From positions 1 through 46,861 of the forward strand of contig JBNJGP010000008.1 in assembly GCA_051747805.1 (NCBI GenBank): 46,861 nucleotides of DNA, in the 5' to 3' direction. The DNA comes from Candidatus Muiribacteriota bacterium (GTDB lineage Bacteria; Muiribacteriota; Muiribacteriia; Muiribacteriales; Muiribacteriaceae). Shown in pieces: positions 45,210-46,861 of this stretch (positions are counted from its first letter, which is position 1; every line of letters starts with the position of its first letter). The notes beneath the pieces were generated by a model. It was not told the origin of the DNA, did no database searches, and saw only the letters and a list, made by a program, of their open reading frames with translations. A program made the position numbers and the translations under genes.

Positions 45210-46861
45210 TTATTGAGGTGAAATTGATTGAAGATTTTCTTTAATTTTTTTAATTAAATCATCTCTTTCAACAGGTTTTGGAATAAAATCATTCATTCCA
45301 GCCTGAAAACATTTATCTTTTTCTTTTTTTAACGCCCCTGCAGTAAGGGCAACAATTATCAAATCTTTAAACTTTTTATCTTTCCTTATAATTTTAGTGG
45401 TCTCTAATCCATCCATTTCGGGCATTTGCACGTCCATTAATATTAAATCAGGAGTGTTATTTTTTAAAATTTTTAAAACTTCACCACCGTTAACCGCTTC
45501 TAATATAGTAACATGATTAAAGGTCTGCTTTATAAGTGTTTTAATCAATATCAGATTCAAATGTACATCCTCTGCAATTAAAATTACCGGCGGTCTTTTA
45601 AACTCAAAATTTTTATTATTTATATTTTTAACAGCCGAAACAGCCTTTTTATTTTTTTTATTATAATATTCAGTTCTTAAAGTAAAATAAAATTTACTTC
45701 CCTTTTCGTATTTACTGTCAAACTTAATCTCGCTTCCCATAAACCTGGCAAGTTTGCTTGAAATTGCAAGTCCCAAACCGGTCCCACTGAATTTTTTTGT
45801 GGTTGAACTATCAACTTGAGAAAAAACCTTAAATAATTTATGTTTATCTTTTTGACTAATTCCAATCCCGGTATCAGAAACACTGAAATAGAAATCACCT
45901 CTATTTTCATCAACTGGTTTGAATTGAAGTTTAAGCTTTACACACCCTTCTTTTGTAAATTTTATACTGTTGGTTAACAAATTAACTAAAATCTGTTTTA
46001 CTCTTATAGCATCTATTAATACGTAAGGGGGTAAATCTGATTGAATATCCTTTATTAATTTTAAATTTTTTTTATTTATCCCAAACTTAGTTAAATCAAC
46101 CAGTTCATCAATCATCTCTTTAATATCTGTAACTTGTGGATGAATTTTTACTTTACCAGCCTCGATTTTTGAAAAATCCAGAATATCATTAATAATCTCA
46201 TGCAAGGTTTTAGAGGAAGTTAATGCATGATTAACATATCTTTTCTGATTAGAATCCAGCTTGGTTCTATTTAAAAGCTCTGTAAAACCAATAACACCAT
46301 TTAAGGGGGTTCTTATTTCATGACTCATATTTGCAAGAAAAACACTTTTAGCCTTTGAAGCTTCAATAGCCTCTTTTGCCTTGCTTTTTCCGAATTCAAT
46401 TTCTTTTTGAAGTACTTTAAAATTATTCTCGAGTGTGCTCTGATATACAGAGGCAATAACTACCTGAGTAAGATAAACAGCAGTTAACCTGAATAAAAAA
46501 TCTTTTTCTGGAAGAACAAAAGCTGAAAAAGGAGGAGTATTTATATATCCAAAAAAAATTTGAAGCAGAATATATACTATAGAAAAAATCCCCCCTGTCT
46601 TAACACCTAATATCATAATTGTAGGCAGCGGAACCAGAAATGCCCATAGAGTTCCGCCAAGTTCAGTTACAGTTGTAAAAAAAGAAATGAAAAAGTGAAT
46701 TAAAACCGCGGTTAAAAAAATATATTTTGCTATTTTATTGCGGGAATTAAGACATAATAAAATAATTGCAAGAACGCCAGTTAAAGTTAAAATATAGGTA
46801 GTTTTCACAAGAGCTATTTCAGGGTTAAAAAGCGTTAACAGAAAAAACACAGATGTAACAG
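45210..46861 (-). CDS. Hybrid sensor histidine kinase/receiver (5' end outside the window)
   Basis: Multi-TM N-terminus, SHEIRTP, HATPase boxes, receiver LILMDVQMPEMDG...KP. The frame is open to the window edge. Confidence 0.92.
   Translation of the reverse strand, partial: VTSVFFLLTLFNPEIALVKTTYILTLTGVLAIILLCLNSRNKIAKYIFLTAVLIHFFISFFTTVTELGGTLWAFLVPLPTIMILGVKTGGIFSIVYILLQIFFGYINTPPFSAFVLPEKDFLFRLTAVYLTQVVIASVYQSTLENNFKVLQKEIEFGKSKAKEAIEASKAKSVFLANMSHEIRTPLNGVIGFTELLNRTKLDSNQKRYVNHALTSSKTLHEIINDILDFSKIEAGKVKIHPQVTDIKEMIDELVDLTKFGINKKNLKLIKDIQSDLPPYVLIDAIRVKQILVNLLTNSIKFTKEGCVKLKLQFKPVDENRGDFYFSVSDTGIGISQKDKHKLFKVFSQVDSSTTKKFSGTGLGLAISSKLARFMGSEIKFDSKYEKGSKFYFTLRTEYYNKKNKKAVSAVKNINNKNFEFKRPPVILIAEDVHLNLILIKTLIKQTFNHVTILEAVNGGEVLKILKNNTPDLILMDVQMPEMDGLETTKIIRKDKKFKDLIIVALTAGALKKEKDKCFQAGMNDFIPKPVERDDLIKKIKENLQSISPQ

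Noticed and set aside
1526..45913. Short antisense or alternative-frame ORFs in the track (e.g. 1526-1768, 4463-4735, 9093-9335, 9439-9744, 13064-13315, 21353-21631, 37312-37560, 40841-41164, 45677-45913)
   Set aside because: They are shadows of well-supported genes or span repeats, and show no recognisable motifs.

Overview
A very AT-rich bacterial chromosomal segment, probably from an anaerobe (hcp, flavodiiron protein, hgcAB). The lineage cannot be assigned from sequence alone. There are no rRNA, tRNA or CRISPR features. From left to right: (1) a surface-polysaccharide block (GT2, wzt, wzm, GT2); (2) an ArsR / unannotated 43-aa Cys-His microprotein / ABC exporter operon; (3) DNA-repair genes (ogt, xth) with an SDR and a small hypothetical; (4) a 270-bp inverted-repeat-bounded non-autonomous element; (5) YqeY and alkaline phosphatase; (6) a 12.8-kb tightly packed minus-strand run that starts with a HUH/Y1 (RAYT-type) transposase bracketed by perfect 28-bp inverted repeats and continues through a Zn-ribbon/HtpX protease, AmrA, a methyltransferase, DJ-1/PfpI and a complete type III Wadjet (jetD-A-B-C); (7) fprA, TM2/DUF2752 and cfa; (8) an arsenic/mercury island (arsR-arsP-arsC, then arsR-hgcA-hgcB and an internally deleted acr3) with clearly visible promoters and operators; (9) Rrf2-ferredoxin-hcp; (10) alkD, a Cache histidine kinase that appears to start at ATT, a 121-nt rod-like hairpin, a beta-lactamase-fold hydrolase, HlyIII, EamA, STAS, a three-repeat secreted protein, csp and a truncated hybrid kinase. 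The most notable items are the IR-bounded RAYT with its own MITE-like derivative, whose repeat supplies the N-terminus of a host gene; the hgcAB operon with its operator; and the ArsR-microprotein-ABC module, linked to the ars operon by a shared 25-bp motif.
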